A DNA stretch of 64,000 nucleotides from contig MCFH01000056.1 of assembly GCA_002104945.1 (NCBI GenBank), positions 62,001 through 126,000 of the forward strand, in the 5' to 3' direction. The position numbers and the translations under genes were made by a program. The stretch comes from Piromyces finnis finn (lineage: Eukaryota; Fungi; Neocallimastigomycota). Below are positions 34,193 to 45,218 of this stretch, one piece after another. The notes beneath the pieces are model-generated. The model saw only the letters and a list, made by a program, of their open reading frames with translations. It was not told where the DNA came from and ran no database searches. How positions within the stretch are numbered: position 1 is the first letter of the stretch; every line of letters starts with the position of its first letter.

Positions 34193-36047
34193 AAAATAGT
34201 TAAAAAATTCAAATTATATTTATTATTAATATTAAAATCACAATTATTATTATTATCAAAACTTATTAATATCATTATCAATATCAATTTTATTATTAAA
34301 CAATTTATTAATATCAAATTTATCAATATTTTATTTTTAACTTTAGTAATATTAAAAAAAAAAAAATGTATTTTATTATATTAAATGTATTTTTATAATT
34401 AAGAAAATTCACTCCTTAGTTTAGTTTATTAAAAAAGAAAAACATATATTTAAATATTAAAATTCTAGATTCGTCTGGTATCCGAATCCTGGAGGAGGAC
34501 CATGTAATGAATACTAGAAATAACTAAATTGTCTTAGTGGTTAGTAGCTAAGACTTTGAGTCTGAATGACACTAGTTCGAGACCTCATAGATACTATTTT
34601 AAAAAAATTATAATTTTATTTTATTTTATTTTATTTTATTTTTAAATTTTATTTTATATGAAGATTATTGATTGGTTAAGAATTTTAAGTTGAAAAAATT
34701 TTATAAATTAATTTAAAAAATTTTTAGTATAAATACGAGTGAATTTTCCCAAATATTTTAAAGAATCGAGATTTTATTAATAAATAATTATATTATTAAA
34801 CACTAACTTATTAAGTTAAATTCTATGTGTTTTTAATAATATTTTTATAAATTAATAATTTACAGAATATTTTAAAGTGTTAATATTACTAAGTTATTTA
34901 GTAAATATTATAATTTGTTTTATTGTTAAAGACACATTTCTTTACAAGATGTAAAAAATCCTTACATGTTACATCACATAAAATACTTTAAGACACAATC
35001 TTAACCCTATTAATAAATATATAAAATTATGTGTAACCTAAATGTCTCCCATAATATTTGTCTCCCATTACAGTGCATCTATCTTTTTTAATTGTGGCAC
35101 ATGCTTTTTGTTTTTATTTTTATGATGCACTTTTTGTGTGTTACTATAGTGCATCTATCCCTTTAACCATACCAGGTATTTCTCCTTTACCCTTTATAAT
35201 GCACTTGATCTTGCCTGGTATTTCTCCCTTATGATGCACTCTTGTCCCCCACTATTAGAGACTGGTACCAACTTTGCCTACCAAGAACAAGGCCTCCCAT
35301 AGATATAACCCGAGCGGCGACATGCCACGGGCATTACATATGCCCTAACGAATTAGGAAAGCTTACGCTTCCTCAAATTCTTTCTGCTCTAATCTTGCTC
35401 GGGAAAAAATACATAACCAGGAATTTAGTATGACCTAGATTTCTTGATCCATAAAGCCTAGATTTTTGCCAGATTACTAAATTTTCCTGGCTAAACTTCT
35501 GCCTGAGGTCAAATTTCTTCTGGCTAAAAAGTCTGGCTAAAACGGCCAATATTAAACTTTAATTAATAATAAAATTATAATGTAATTACTAATGTAATGT
35601 TTCTTAGAATAATCGTAGCATATAAAATAAAATTATAATGTAATTACTAATGTAATGTTTCTTAGAATAATCGTAGCATATAGTATTACTAATTGACATT
35701 AGCCACATATTTTAGTATAAAAAGAAATTGTAAATGTATTATCAAAATCTTTGTAATTACCTTTATTAAATTAAATTTAATAAACATAATAAATAAACTT
35801 TATCAAACCTAAATTTACTTTTCATAAACAAACGCTAGTATCATTATTATAGTAACTATTTTTAATCATTTCAACATATTTCTAATATTAAATACATTTA
35901 AAAATTATAAAAAATTGTTTTTTGAATTACTATTATTTTTTCAATAAATGAAATAATACTAATTATTAATCTTTTTTTTTTACATAATTTGATTATATTT
36001 ACATGGTTTTGATTAAGTTTGTAAATATAATTTTAATATTACTTTTT

Positions 36048-36050
<3 letters not shown>

Positions 36051-36092
<42 letters not shown>

Positions 36093-36624
36093 TTCCGAGT
36101 GCATTTCTCCCATCGATCAGAGTTAGCTCCAATGGTGGTTCTTAGAGAAACGTTGGCTCATTCCTATTGCTAGGTGGTTGTGACCCTCCTGGTCTGTCAT
36201 ACTGTTTCTTCAGCTTCGACGCTCACTTAATCCATGTACATTAGATGCATGTCGTTGTACGATATTTCACAACTACAATGCTAAGCCTCTTATAGTCAAT
36301 TTGATCACGTGTCAACCGCCCCCTAATGTTTACACTTAAATTGATTAAGGAATATTATGTGTTTTTGGCATAGCCTAAGTCACCACTTATTAAGTTCTAA
36401 TTTGGAATGTACCATGTACACTAGACCCTCTCAGGCCGGCTAGACGAGTGTTATTATCATAGTAGTAAATTAGAAAGTTCATTTATACTTACCTGAATAT
36501 CATAACCCAACCCATGGCAAACCCAGTGGGAAAATCCACAGGCACTGACATCTGCGGGGTCGAACCAGAAGCCTTATGTATGCTAAGGAAACGCCTTAAC
36601 AACCAGGATAAAAACTGGAACGAC
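36051..36624 (-). mobile_element. Full-length SINE-like retroposon (535-bp body plus 39-nt poly-A) with tRNA-like head
   Basis: TSD ATTACTTTTTAAT at 36038-36050 and 36625-36637. B-box GGTTCGACCCC at 36556-36566. Homologues at 7312, 24685 and 43368. Confidence 0.88.
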
Positions 36625-37289
36625 ATTACTTTTTAATTATCATATGATTTAGAAATAAGTAGTATTAAAATATTATAATAAACATTATTTATTTGCTATT
36701 TTATTTCAAAATAATATTTCGTTATTTTTTAATATATTCCATTTTTTTAAATTTGACTAATTACATATTATAAAATTTCAATATTTTAAACTTGACTAAT
36801 GATATTCCAAAACATTCCGATTTTCTATCACTTGTTCTAAGATGTATGATACCTCAATTTTAGAATTTAAAATTTTTTTAAATTAATAACATAAAAACTT
36901 CTAATCAATAATATGATTAGAAGTTTTGTAATAACCGATGATGGAAATACTCCGTAAGAACATGGAAAAATCTTTCTCAAGTTCTTTTCATTCTATAAAT
37001 TATTATTATTGTTGCTAAAACTTCATTCAAGAAGGAATTTAAATATATATTTTTGATATATATTAGAATAATTATATATATATTAATATTTACTGATTAA
37101 TAAAATTATTACGAACTAAATTATTGTTTAAATTAACATAATAATTTTCAAATTAAAAAAAATTGAATGATTATCTTAATTATTACTATTACTATTGATA
37201 CTATTATCATAATTAGGGTTAAATTTAGGAATGTAGTAGACTAAGCAAAAGATAATACATTTGGAGTTTTTTTCATTTGTTGTAACATC

Positions 37290-38760
37290 TAACACAAGTT
37301 AATGTGTATTTTTACCGATGATGAAAGAATATACTTGAATCTTTTTAAAATGAATAAAGGGGTATAAAAAGATATAACTTTGTGCCTAACTTCAATCCAA
37401 CATATTCCTTTATTGGCATACTTCTGAGTGATTCTAGACCTAATTTTATTAGAGCCAAGTAAGTTTGTTGTAAAATGAATAAAATACATTAATCTAAGAA
37501 TAATAAGCTAATTCTATTTTTATTGTAATTGTATAAACGAATCATAATAGGAAACTCTACTTTGAATGTGAAAATAAATGAAAACATTTTTGGGAATAGA
37601 GTACGATATCCTATTGAACATTTATAAATAAAGAACTAATTGTTTTTTTTTTTTTTTTTTTTGAATAGAATAATAATATTTTGGATCCATAAAAATTTAC
37701 TAATTAAAAAAAGTCCTTTTAAAATTTGTTAATTGATTTATTCGACAAATTCTTTGGTACATTGCGATAGGAATTGGAATAAAATTTCCTACTAAAATAA
37801 ATGAAAATAAATATAAGATCTTTCTTATTATGGAATTCTTTTTTCTTTTTTAGGATGAATAATTCAATCATTTATTCTCTTAAGAATTTTTTTTGTATCT
37901 TCTTAATAATATACAAATAGCATTATCGTTTACAAAGAGTCCACCACAGCAACACATACTTCCTAAACCAACATTGAGATCTTGACATTCTTCAAAAATA
38001 TCATTAATAAAAAAAGAATTAAAAAGAAGTGGAGAAGGTCAACAAGCCTGACGAATTCCTTTTTTTTATACAATATTAAATGATTTAAAGTATTGTATTG
38101 TCTATCAATTTTGAAATTAATTTTTGATAATAAATATAAAAATTTTTTGATAAATTATAAATGTTTACCTCTAATGTCTAAAGTTACTTGATTTATATAA
38201 AAAATATGACTGATATAGAATGTATTATATACTTTTCTATGATCTAAAAAAGAAACAAAATATGTTTTTTTATTATCTAATTAATGGCTACAACATATTT
38301 CTTGGATTGAAATGAAAATATAGATATTTTCATCCCTTTTGCAAAAATTAAATTGTTTTGGTGTAATGAAATTTTTTCGAGATTATATTATAAAATTATC
38401 ATTATTTAATAGGTAAGATACCATAATGGGTATTGCTTCTCGTCAAGTCTTAGGAATAGAAATCATACCCTTGTTTTATTCCATAAGCTGGAGAAGTTGT
38501 CATCATTCCCAATTTAATTGAATAATTTAAACCAAAAGAGAAGAATTATTTCCTTAAAAAAAATTAATACTATAAAAATTATTTGAAAGAAATTAAATGC
38601 TTTTAAAATTTAATATTAATAATAAATTATACCACATCATTTATTTTTTTTAAAATTCATGTTTCCTCATCCCCAGTTTTTATCAACTTTTTACATTTTA
38701 ACTCTTCTAATGAATTTTTTGACATTTACAATAATTTATACATCTTCTCCATTCTTTTAA
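37290..38760 (-). pseudogene. Degenerate non-LTR retrotransposon (LINE) reverse transcriptase remnant
   Basis: Manual translation of the minus strand gives eroded motifs in the correct order: MISIPK, PKQFNF, FLDHRKVYNT (LDLKKAYD-like), KGIRQAC*PSPLLFN..FINDI (GVRQGCPLSPLLF-like) and CCGGLFVND. Many stops and frameshifts; ends approximate. Confidence 0.72.
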
Positions 38761-38794
38761 AAAACATTCCTTAATATTATAATAAAAAGTTTGA

Positions 38795-39005
38795 TTTTTT
38801 AAATATTTTAATTTTTAATAGGATAATGATTTTTTTTTTTTAAAATATTTTAATTTTTAATAGAATAACGATTTTTATTTTTTATTATTATTATTTTTTT
38901 TTTTTTATTTTTAAATATTTTAATTTTTAATAGGATAACGATTTTTATTTTTATTATTATTTTTTTTTAAATATTTTAATTTTTAATAGGATAACGATAT
39001 TTTTA
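38795..39005. repeat. About 4 imperfect AT-rich tandem units (TTTTAAATATTTTAATTTTTAATAGGATAACGATTTTT plus variable tail)
   Basis: The core recurs four times, downstream of the 39284 gene. Confidence 0.8.
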
Positions 39006-39283
39006 TTTTTTTTTTCTATTATTATTATTTTTTGTTTGATTCTTACGGTTCTATATTTTTTATTACAATTTTTTATAATATGTAATATATATTTTATAGA
39101 GTGTAAGGTTTTGTTTTGTTTTATAATTATCTTTTTTTTTTATATAATTATTAGTTATTAGTTTATACTAATTTTATTTCTACTAATTTTTAACTTTTTT
39201 TATGCTTTTTAAGAATTAAAAAGAATATTGAAAAATCTAAAGAATGTTGAATTTTATCTTAAATATTTTTAATTAAAATAAAA

Positions 39284-40063
39284 TTAAAAATACATAACTG
39301 ATAAAACAATGGCTAAAACAACAGAGCTGAATAATTTTGTCATGTTAGTGACAGCATCAGAACTTTGATTACCATCAGAACTTTGATTAGCAGAGTTATT
39401 TGCTGGTGTTTTAAAAGTATTACCGCTGTTGGTATCATCTTTAGTTTCCTTGGTACATATAGGAGAATTTAACAATTCCTTAAGATAAGGAAATACAAAA
39501 TTATCACCAGATTTAGTAGCTGTTCCTTCCTCAACTGCATCATCTAAATTATCAACAAAGGAAGTAAGTGCATTATTCAAAGCAGTAAAACATTTCTTTG
39601 ATTTACATGAATTAAATACAACATTTTCATTAATTAATTCTCCCTTAAGAGTAGCTTCAGCACCTGGACATAACTCTCCGTTACCATCAATTGCACAGTT
39701 TAATTCTTTTACTTTTTTAATCATATCTAAACTTTTTGCACTAAACAAGGATTGGAATTCTGGTTCATTCTTACATTTATTGAAATAAGAAGAAGGATCT
39801 TCATAAAATTTTTTGCATTCATCAGAAAGAATGTAAGGACAAAGAGTTACGTAATTATCCATACCTAACTTAGGATCAACACCTAAACATTGGAATTCCT
39901 TAACAGTTTCAGTTTCTTGTTGACATTCTGGACTTATATTCATTAATTGTCGCTTAAAGATATTGTTAATACTATCAGATAACAAAACACCTTCAATTTT
40001 AACGCTGTAGGAAAGGGCTGAAGAAGCAGCAATTAAAGTTAAAAATTGAGAAATAAATTTCAT
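39284..40063 (-). CDS. Secreted, Cys-rich, probably GPI-anchored protein of unknown function (259 aa)
   Basis: Intronless ORF much richer in GC than its flanks. Signal peptide MKFISQFLTLIAASSALS. Multiple Cys, an S/N/T linker, and a hydrophobic C-terminal tail after SSDA. Confidence 0.88.
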   Translation of the reverse strand: MKFISQFLTLIAASSALSYSVKIEGVLLSDSINNIFKRQLMNISPECQQETETVKEFQCLGVDPKLGMDNYVTLCPYILSDECKKFYEDPSSYFNKCKNEPEFQSLFSAKSLDMIKKVKELNCAIDGNGELCPGAEATLKGELINENVVFNSCKSKKCFTALNNALTSFVDNLDDAVEEGTATKSGDNFVFPYLKELLNSPICTKETKDDTNSGNTFKTPANNSANQSSDGNQSSDAVTNMTKLFSSVVLAIVLSVMYF

Positions 40064-40416
40064 TTTATTTTATATATTTTCTTCTTTTTTTTATTTTATT
40101 GATTAATCAAAAAATTGCCTTTTTTTCAATCTTTTATATATTTTAAAAATGAAATTTATTTAATTATTAATTTATTAATTTATTTATTTATTTATTTATT
40201 TAACTATTCATTTATTTTTTATTTTATTTTTTATTAATTTAATATATTATTATTAATTTATAGATATAAGTTTTTTTTTAAAAACATTATAATATATTAT
40301 TTTTAAATTGATTTTTTAACTGTTCCATAATCCTACCAACCAACAAATTATTTTCACCTTAAGTTTTTTTTATTTTTTTTTTCTTTCTTAACCACAAATT
40401 TTTTAGAAATTATTTA

Positions 40417-40428
40417 TTGATTGGTGGT
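40417..40428 (-). promoter_or_regulatory. Putative CCAAT box (ACCACCAATCAA) about 355 bp upstream of the 40063 gene
   Basis: The same 12-mer occurs upstream of the permease gene (62602-62613) and fits RRCCAATCA. Confidence 0.4.
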
Positions 40429-42448
40429 ACAAAAACCATGCCATTGATTCGATTAATTATCATTGTCATTTATTATTATTACTCTAATTATTATTATTAT
40501 TATTATTACTATTATATATAATATATATTTTATTATTATTATTATATATAATATATATTTTATTATTATTATTACATTTACAATTCGTATTGAAAACAAC
40601 TTTTAATATTTTACAAGTTTTTTTTTAAAAAAGTTATCTTAATTTTACTAATAGTAACAATAACTAATGAAATCCTTACATTTAAAAATAGAAACAAATA
40701 ATATAAATAAATTATTTATATTTTTTTCAATAGGTAAGGATGATATTCTTATCTTCTTCTCTACCATAGCCATAAACTATAAACCATAAACTATAAACTA
40801 TAAAAGTTATAATTTAATTAATGGGTGATATCTATAAACAAAATGAATTAAATATATATTGAAAAAGGGTGAAATTTATTAATTATTTTTAAAAATAAAT
40901 AAATTATTAAAATAATAAGAAAAAGAAGAAGAAAGAATGGTTCAAAGTCAGTCATGTTGGAAATCTTTTTAATATAATATTTTTAAAATTAGACCTATTG
41001 GATTTTCATAGTACAAAAAAAAAGGATGAATAATGAATAGCATTTATTTAAATATTAATTCTTTTATTCATTTAATTTTTATAGGTCAAAGTTACATAGA
41101 GTTTTAATTAATTTCAATATATTTTAATTAATAAAATACTTTAAATAAAAAACTAAATTGGTTTAAAAAAAATGGATGTAAATAATACATGTTAAAATAG
41201 ATCATTAAAACGACATTATAATTATAATTATGATTATAAATAAGATGGTAGTTGTCGTAGATTTGCTCATCCTATTCTTCTTATTTTACTAGGTTCATTA
41301 CCAATTTCTACTACTTTTCTTTTGAAAAAAGGTACTGTTACAAATTATAAATTATATATAAACTTTACTTTTGAAAAAAATTACTTCTAAAAATAAAGTT
41401 TAATATAAAATTAAATTATTATTAATATATAAATAATAATTTAATTAATATTTAATTTATTTAATTAAATATTTAATTCGTGATTTTATTTTAACTAAAG
41501 ATTAAAATAGAATATTCTATAAGAAATTTTTTTCCTAATTAATTATACCTTCAACTCAGTTTGTTCGTTGTCAATACTATTTTTAATTGAGGGAACGAGG
41601 TCAGGTTATATAGATATAGTCTTATCTTAGGATATATTGCAAGGACAAAAAAAAACAATAAAACTATGTTCTTTATACTACTTTAAAAAGTATTCTTTTT
41701 TTATTTTTATTTTTTATATTAAATAATGATACGATTGCAAGAATTTTAGTATTATTTCATTTATTTAAATGGTATAAAAATTTATATTTGAATTTCTTAA
41801 AATTTTATTATAATAAGTTCTATTAATTTATATTTTTAAGAGGCAAATTCTTATCAAACATCATTACATTACATCAAAATAAGTATAATAATTATTATTG
41901 AACATTTCTTTAACATTTCAAATATGGGCAGCTCAACGTATACAGTTAACTACATCATCTCCAAAAAGTTCATCATCATAATATAATAATATACATACAT
42001 CTTGACCTAACTTTGAAATTTTTTGTATTTATTGATAAATAAGAAATTAAATAAGATTATGAAGAGAAGGAAACATCCTTTGTATACATTTTTTTTATAA
42101 AAATATCAAGAAAATTTCAGTATTATTTTATTTTAATATTAACCTTGGATACTAAATATATATAAAGAGTGAAATGCTAAAACCATCTTTCTATACAATT
42201 TATAGTATGTGAAAAAAATATTACTGAGAAACTATAAACATATACTTCCTTCAAAAAGTTCGAATCTAATTGTCATTTATGGCATATGTCTAGGACTGAA
42301 GTATATTATTCCTATTTAGTAGGAAAAAACTAAATTGTTCTGGTTACTACTACACTGTCTTTAAAAAAGTGTATTCTTTACTTTTATTAAGCAATAACCT
42401 CAATTTGTGATACCATTACTGATGATTTAGTATAAATCTTAGATTTTG

Positions 42449-42516
42449 GGCCGTTTTAGCCAGACTTTTTAGCCAGAAGAAATTTGACCTCAGGCAGAAG
42501 TTTAGCCAGGAAAATT
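42449..42516 (+). repeat. Isolated terminal fragment of the inverted-repeat element
   Basis: Identical to 21062-21129 (GGCCGTTTTAGCCAG...GGAAAATT). Homology starts exactly at GGCC. Confidence 0.9.
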
Positions 42517-43367
42517 GGTAATTGAAATATTCATGAATAATTATCCTAATCGGTGAAATCTTTCCATTTTTCAAGTAAAAGTTGACATCTTTAATTTGAT
42601 GATAGAATTTACCATAAAGATTTTTTAAAATACAAAGAGTATCATTATACCAGAAATAGGATGACTATAAATATCAAAACATCATAACAAATAATATTAT
42701 TATCAAATATTATATTTGAAACAAGATATTTTCTAAAAAGTATTATTATCTGTGGAATTTTTATTAAAAGGATTTATTCAGATAGATTTATAACTTTATT
42801 TTGAAAAGGAATCTGAATGTTTTTTTAGAATAAAAAAAATTTAAAGATTCCTACTCAAAATAAAGTTCAAGAAAAAAAAAGGCATAATAATAAAAATATT
42901 ATTAAATACTATTTAATAAGGTTTGATTTTCATATTAAAAGTTTTTTTTAATTTAATTGTGATTCATTTAAATTAAAAGTTAAATATATTAAATTTTCCT
43001 TTTTTAGTAATTAATTTTTTAAAAAAAATAAAACATTTTATGTGATTTATGTGATATATACAACTCGGTTCATTGTACTCAGGCTTTGTGGTTGACTTAT
43101 ATACTTTATAAATTATTCAAATACATACTTAATATGATTGTAAGAATATCTTCTCCTAATTATTATAATTCTTAGATAGAGACTCGTTTACTCTATTTTC
43201 TACTAATTTATACCAAAATCTAACTATAAAATTCGTTTATTTTTATCTGTTTATATTAAATACTCTAATTACTATAAATACTTTAATTATCACATGCTTA
43301 TAAAAATATGATAAATACATTAATGTACTAAATAAAATGTACTAAAAAAACTACATTATAATCTATT

Positions 43368-43595
43368 GTCGTTCCAGTTTTTATCCTGGTTGTTAAGACG
43401 TTTCCTTAGCATATATAAGACTTCTGGTTTGACCACGCAGATGTCAGTGTTTGTGGATTTTTGATAATAACACTCGTCTGAAAGGGTCAAAATATACATA
43501 GTACATTTCAAATTAGAACTTTATAATTGGTGACTTAGGCTATGCCAAATACACAAGCAAAATTCCTTGATCCATTTAAGAGTTAAAAAAAAAAT
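43368..43595 (+). mobile_element. Internally deleted SINE copy with poly-A and TSD
   Basis: Starts GTCGTTCCAG like the full copy and ends AGTT plus A11. TSD ATTATAATCTATT at 43355-43367 and 43595-43607. Confidence 0.87.
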
Positions 43596-45218
43596 TATAA
43601 TCTATTCCAGTATTACATTAATTTATGTTTATATAACATTTATAGTAATTCAATTATATCATTAAGGTTTTTATGTTCATTTTATATCATATTATTATAT
43701 TTAAATATATAGTGTATTGTTTATATATTATTATTGTTATTGTTATTAATAATTAAAAAAATTGAATTAAGGTTAATAATTTTTATTACGAATTGTACTA
43801 CAATTCTATCCTTTCTATTTATTTGATTTGGATCAAGCCATATTATATTTTATTTATTTTTGTGGCTTGATTTTCATATCAAATAAATTTTACATTTTTC
43901 TAAAATGAAACATTCTCGTTTAATTTGTATAAAGCAACTATTTATTATTTATTTATTTATTTATTTATTAATATGTAATAAATATTTTTTTTTTTTTTTT
44001 TTGCTTTATTTTAAATTTTGACTAAACTTTTCTGGGGTTGTTTTTTTTTTTTAAATTAATTAAATTACTTTAAAATTTAAATTGTTTTATAGTAATCTAT
44101 TTCAAATTTGGATATTATATTATTATTTTTTTTTGCCAATTAGCATTTCAATTTCAAATTTTTAAAATTAAATTTCAAAATAAAAAAAAAAAAATAGATA
44201 AAAAATAAAATAACATGATTATAGTTTCCAATAAATTTTTTTCCTCTAATATTTTAATGTATTATATGAACGACATGAATTCATCGTTTAAAGAATTAAT
44301 CGGAAAGTCATTGAGAAACTTTAATTGACTATTTTTTTAAATTAACAATTTTATTAATTTAAAAAGATAGTCAATTCTAGATAAATTTAATACATTAGTA
44401 TATATCATCAATACATTGGTTTATCAAGTCATATTCTAACAATTTTTTTTATTATTATTATTTTTGAATATTAAAAGTATATAAAAAAAATAAAAATATC
44501 TTATTCGACCTTGAATATATAATAATAATAACGAATTTCCATTAAATATTAAAAAAAACAGGGTCATAGTTTTATTATAAAATATAATTTATTAATATTG
44601 ATTGTGTTTGTCCTACTAACCTGGTTTATTGTTTCTTTAATTTATATGGTATTGATTGTCATTTCAAATCCTACTTAAATATAACTACCTCAGAAATGAT
44701 AGTATGAATCACAAATTCAATTTATTTTTAATTATTATATAATAATAGTATTTTTTTTTTTTTAATATTAAATATCCATTTATTATTTATTAATATTATT
44801 TCTTTGTAAAAAAATAATAATAATAATAATAATAACACTTTTTAAAATATAATTACCTAATTTAAAATTTAATTATTTTAAAATTTAATTATTTTTTTTA
44901 TTTATTTATTCATAATTTATGAATTTAAATTCTATTTTTTTTAAAAAAAAAAAAAAAGAATATTTATATAAATCTTTAATAATATTTTTTTTTATTTTAT
45001 TTTTCAAAAAAAAAAAAAAAGATTTTATAGTTTTGTTTTCAGAGTATTAATTCTTATTACTACTTATATATATAGGATAATTATTTATTTTTAATATTTA
45101 TTACTTTTAAATGAATGATAAAAGTAAATATAATAAATATCTTTTTTTTTTTTTACTATAACATAAATAATGATGAATTTATGTTGTTGTTTGTTCTTAT
45201 TTATTTTTATTATTTTAT

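Larger units (their letters stand above)
28678..34946 (+). mobile_element. Ty3/gypsy chromovirus E3 lacking PBS, gag and protease; 5' LTR split by a 2-kb insertion
   Basis: 444-bp 3' LTR at 34503-34946. 5' LTR at 28678-28687 plus 30712-31151. TSD AGATG at 28673-28677 and 34947-34951. PPT GGAGGAGGACCA. Confidence 0.92.
21062..35547. mobile_element. Non-autonomous long-inverted-repeat (foldback/DNA-transposon-like) element, about 1.6 kb before the E2/E3 insertions
   Basis: Arms 21062-21587 and 35023-35547 are near-perfect inverted repeats. They start GGCCGTTTTAGCCAG and carry three TTAGCCAG motifs. A further terminal fragment lies at 42449-42516. No transposase; superfamily unresolved. Confidence 0.7.
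9124..35824 (+). mobile_element. Ty1/copia LTR retrotransposon, decayed, expanded to 26.7 kb by nested insertions
   Basis: 5' LTR 9124-9396 (TG...CA). 3' LTR split into 20923-21009 and 35548-35824. TSD TAAAC at 9119-9123 and 35825-35829. PPT GAGGGGGAG at 20914-20922. Domain order gag-PR-IN-RT-RH. Confidence 0.93.

Noticed and set aside
1519-34326. Many short antisense or alternate-frame ORFs overlapping gag/pol genes
   Set aside because: Shadows of long coding frames, with no independent starts or motifs.
36395-36500. Possible intron (CAG|GTAAGT ... TCTAG) in the SINE body
   Set aside because: The deleted copy at 43368 does not break at these sites and no spliced copy is seen.
41800-42850. 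Slightly GC-richer stretch that may be decayed coding sequence
   Set aside because: Manual translation gave no motif series I could assign.
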